Source of the DNA: Hyphomicrobiales bacterium
GTDB lineage: Bacteria > Pseudomonadota > Alphaproteobacteria > Rhizobiales > TMED25
Assembly: GCA_029245795.1 (NCBI GenBank)
Contig: JAQWOP010000018.1
Location: forward strand, 44,733 to 108,732
DNA: 64,000 nucleotides
Direction: 5' to 3'
Shown: piece by piece, positions 62,657 to 64,000 of the stretch
Layout: every line of letters starts with the position of its first letter
How positions within the stretch are numbered: position 1 is the first letter of the stretch
Notes under the pieces: generated by a model
The model's database searches: none
What the model saw: the letters and a program-made list of their open reading frames with translations, nothing else
Told to the model about the DNA's origin: nothing
Program-made: the position numbers and the translations under genes

Positions 62657-63541
62657 TTAATTATTAATTAGTGTTCCAAGGCCTTCTTCTGTAAACAATT
62701 CTAATATTACAGCATTTTCTACTCTCCCATCTAAAATAACAGCCTTTTCCACCCCATTTTTAATAGCATCAATACAAGTCGTTATCTTTGGTATCATTCC
62801 CCCTTGTATTACTCCTTTTTTGATCAGTTTCTTTGCTAGGTCAATATTTAATTCATTAATAAGATTTTTATTTTCATCAATAACTCCTGCTACATCCGTC
62901 AACATAAGGAGTCTTTTTGCATCCAGAGAGCTTGCAATTGATCCTGCGGCGGTATCTGCATTGATATTATAAGTTATATTATCTTTTCCTATACCTAGTG
63001 GCGTAATCACAGGAATATTACCCTTCATACATTCGTTAATAATTATTTCTGGATTTATAAGTTCTGGCTCACCGACAAAACCAAGATCAATAATTTTTTC
63101 AATATTTGAGTCTGTTTCTAATATATCTGTCAACTTTTTTGCAAAAATAATGGAATCTTTATTACCGGATAAACTTATAGATTTTCCTCCAAAATTTTTG
63201 ATATTTTGAACTATTTTTGCATTAATTATTTCATATAAGACTTTCTCTACTACTTTAATTGTTTCTCGGTCAGTAATTCTCAGGCCATTATGAAATTTAC
63301 TCTCTACTCCTTGTGATTTTAGATTCTCTCCAATTTGGGGTCCCCCTCCGTGAACTACTATTGGAAACATTCCTGCATGATGTAGCATAACAATATTTTG
63401 TGCAAATTTATCAGATAAATTATCATTTACCATTGCATGACCTCCATATTTAACAACAATGAACTTGCCATTGTATGTTTGCATATAGGGCAGGGCTTCT
63501 GATAATATCTTTGCTCTAATAGCTGAGTCTATTTTCATCAT
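62657..63541 (-). CDS. argB: Acetylglutamate kinase
   Basis: EALPY, KYGGHAM, HGGGPQI, NINAD, GGMIPK; GAGG favours the ATG at 63541/63538. Confidence 0.97.
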   Translation of the reverse strand: MMKIDSAIRAKILSEALPYMQTYNGKFIVVKYGGHAMVNDNLSDKFAQNIVMLHHAGMFPIVVHGGGPQIGENLKSQGVESKFHNGLRITDRETIKVVEKVLYEIINAKIVQNIKNFGGKSISLSGNKDSIIFAKKLTDILETDSNIEKIIDLGFVGEPELINPEIIINECMKGNIPVITPLGIGKDNITYNINADTAAGSIASSLDAKRLLMLTDVAGVIDENKNLINELNIDLAKKLIKKGVIQGGMIPKITTCIDAIKNGVEKAVILDGRVENAVILELFTEEGLGTLINN

Positions 63542-63557
63542 AAAATGTCCCTCAAGT

Positions 63558-64000
63558 TTAAGTGTTAACAATTCTATATATAAGAGTTTTCAATAGATTA
63601 ATACCAATTTTATTTTTGCTGGACGTAATCAAGATTCCAGGTCGTGCAGCTGCTCTTTTAATTATCCTATTATTAATTGATTCAAGAAGTTCTATACTTG
63701 AGCCTTTCGTGATTTTATCAAATTTTGTAAGAACAATTTGATAGGATACAGCAGCACTATCAAGGATATCCATTGCATTCTCATCAATTTCTTTTATTCC
63801 ATGTCTTGAGTCAATTAAGAAAAATACGGTTTCCAATTCTTTCCTTCCTTGCAAATATTTATAAGTTAAAGCTTTCCATTTCTTTATAAGATCTTTGCTT
63901 GCTTTTGCATAACCAAATCCTGGAAGGTCAACTAAAAGGAATTTACTATCTTGAGAAAAAAAATTTATCATTTGGGTTCTGCCAGGAGTATTGGAAACTC
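63558..64000 (-). CDS. engB: Ribosome biogenesis GTPase YihA/YsxC, 5'-truncated by window edge
   Basis: Frame is open to the window end (VSNTPGRTQ), DLPGFG, LIDSRH, LTKFDK; precedes argB. Confidence 0.95.
   Translation of the reverse strand, partial: VSNTPGRTQMINFFSQDSKFLLVDLPGFGYAKASKDLIKKWKALTYKYLQGRKELETVFFLIDSRHGIKEIDENAMDILDSAAVSYQIVLTKFDKITKGSSIELLESINNRIIKRAAARPGILITSSKNKIGINLLKTLIYRIVNT

Overview
AT-rich, very compact bacterial chromosome segment. Its gene order points to a streamlined Alphaproteobacterium with Rhizobiales-like synteny (inference): F1-only atpHAGDC after priA, rlmN-ialB, yccA-DUF2794, ccmABCDG, TauE-TIGR02186, class I lysS, dcd/metZ and argFD-ABC permease-gcrA. About 73 CDS are present, mostly housekeeping; priA and engB are cut by the window edges. 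I saw no rRNA, tRNA, CRISPR array, IS or prophage. Two small genes missing from the ORF track were recovered (tatA, ccmD). Highlights: (1) a self-contained RpoE-ChrR singlet-oxygen island with homologues of the three furan-fatty-acid genes (ufaD/ufaO/ufaM-like) and three copies of a candidate AT-shifted ECF promoter, T(A/G)A(A/T)CT-N16-CGT(A/T); (2) a long Bacteroidota-like AcnB in the slot normally held by acnA; (3) argE in frame with trkH directly after its TAG, apparently starting at a non-canonical ATC; (4) a catabolic islet whose Zn-alcohol dehydrogenase lacks the catalytic Cys; (5) an ORFan in the apaG slot; (6) almost no space at convergent gene junctions. I found no clearly unprecedented multi-gene system; these are the best candidates. 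All family assignments come from recognising motifs by eye, not from database searches.
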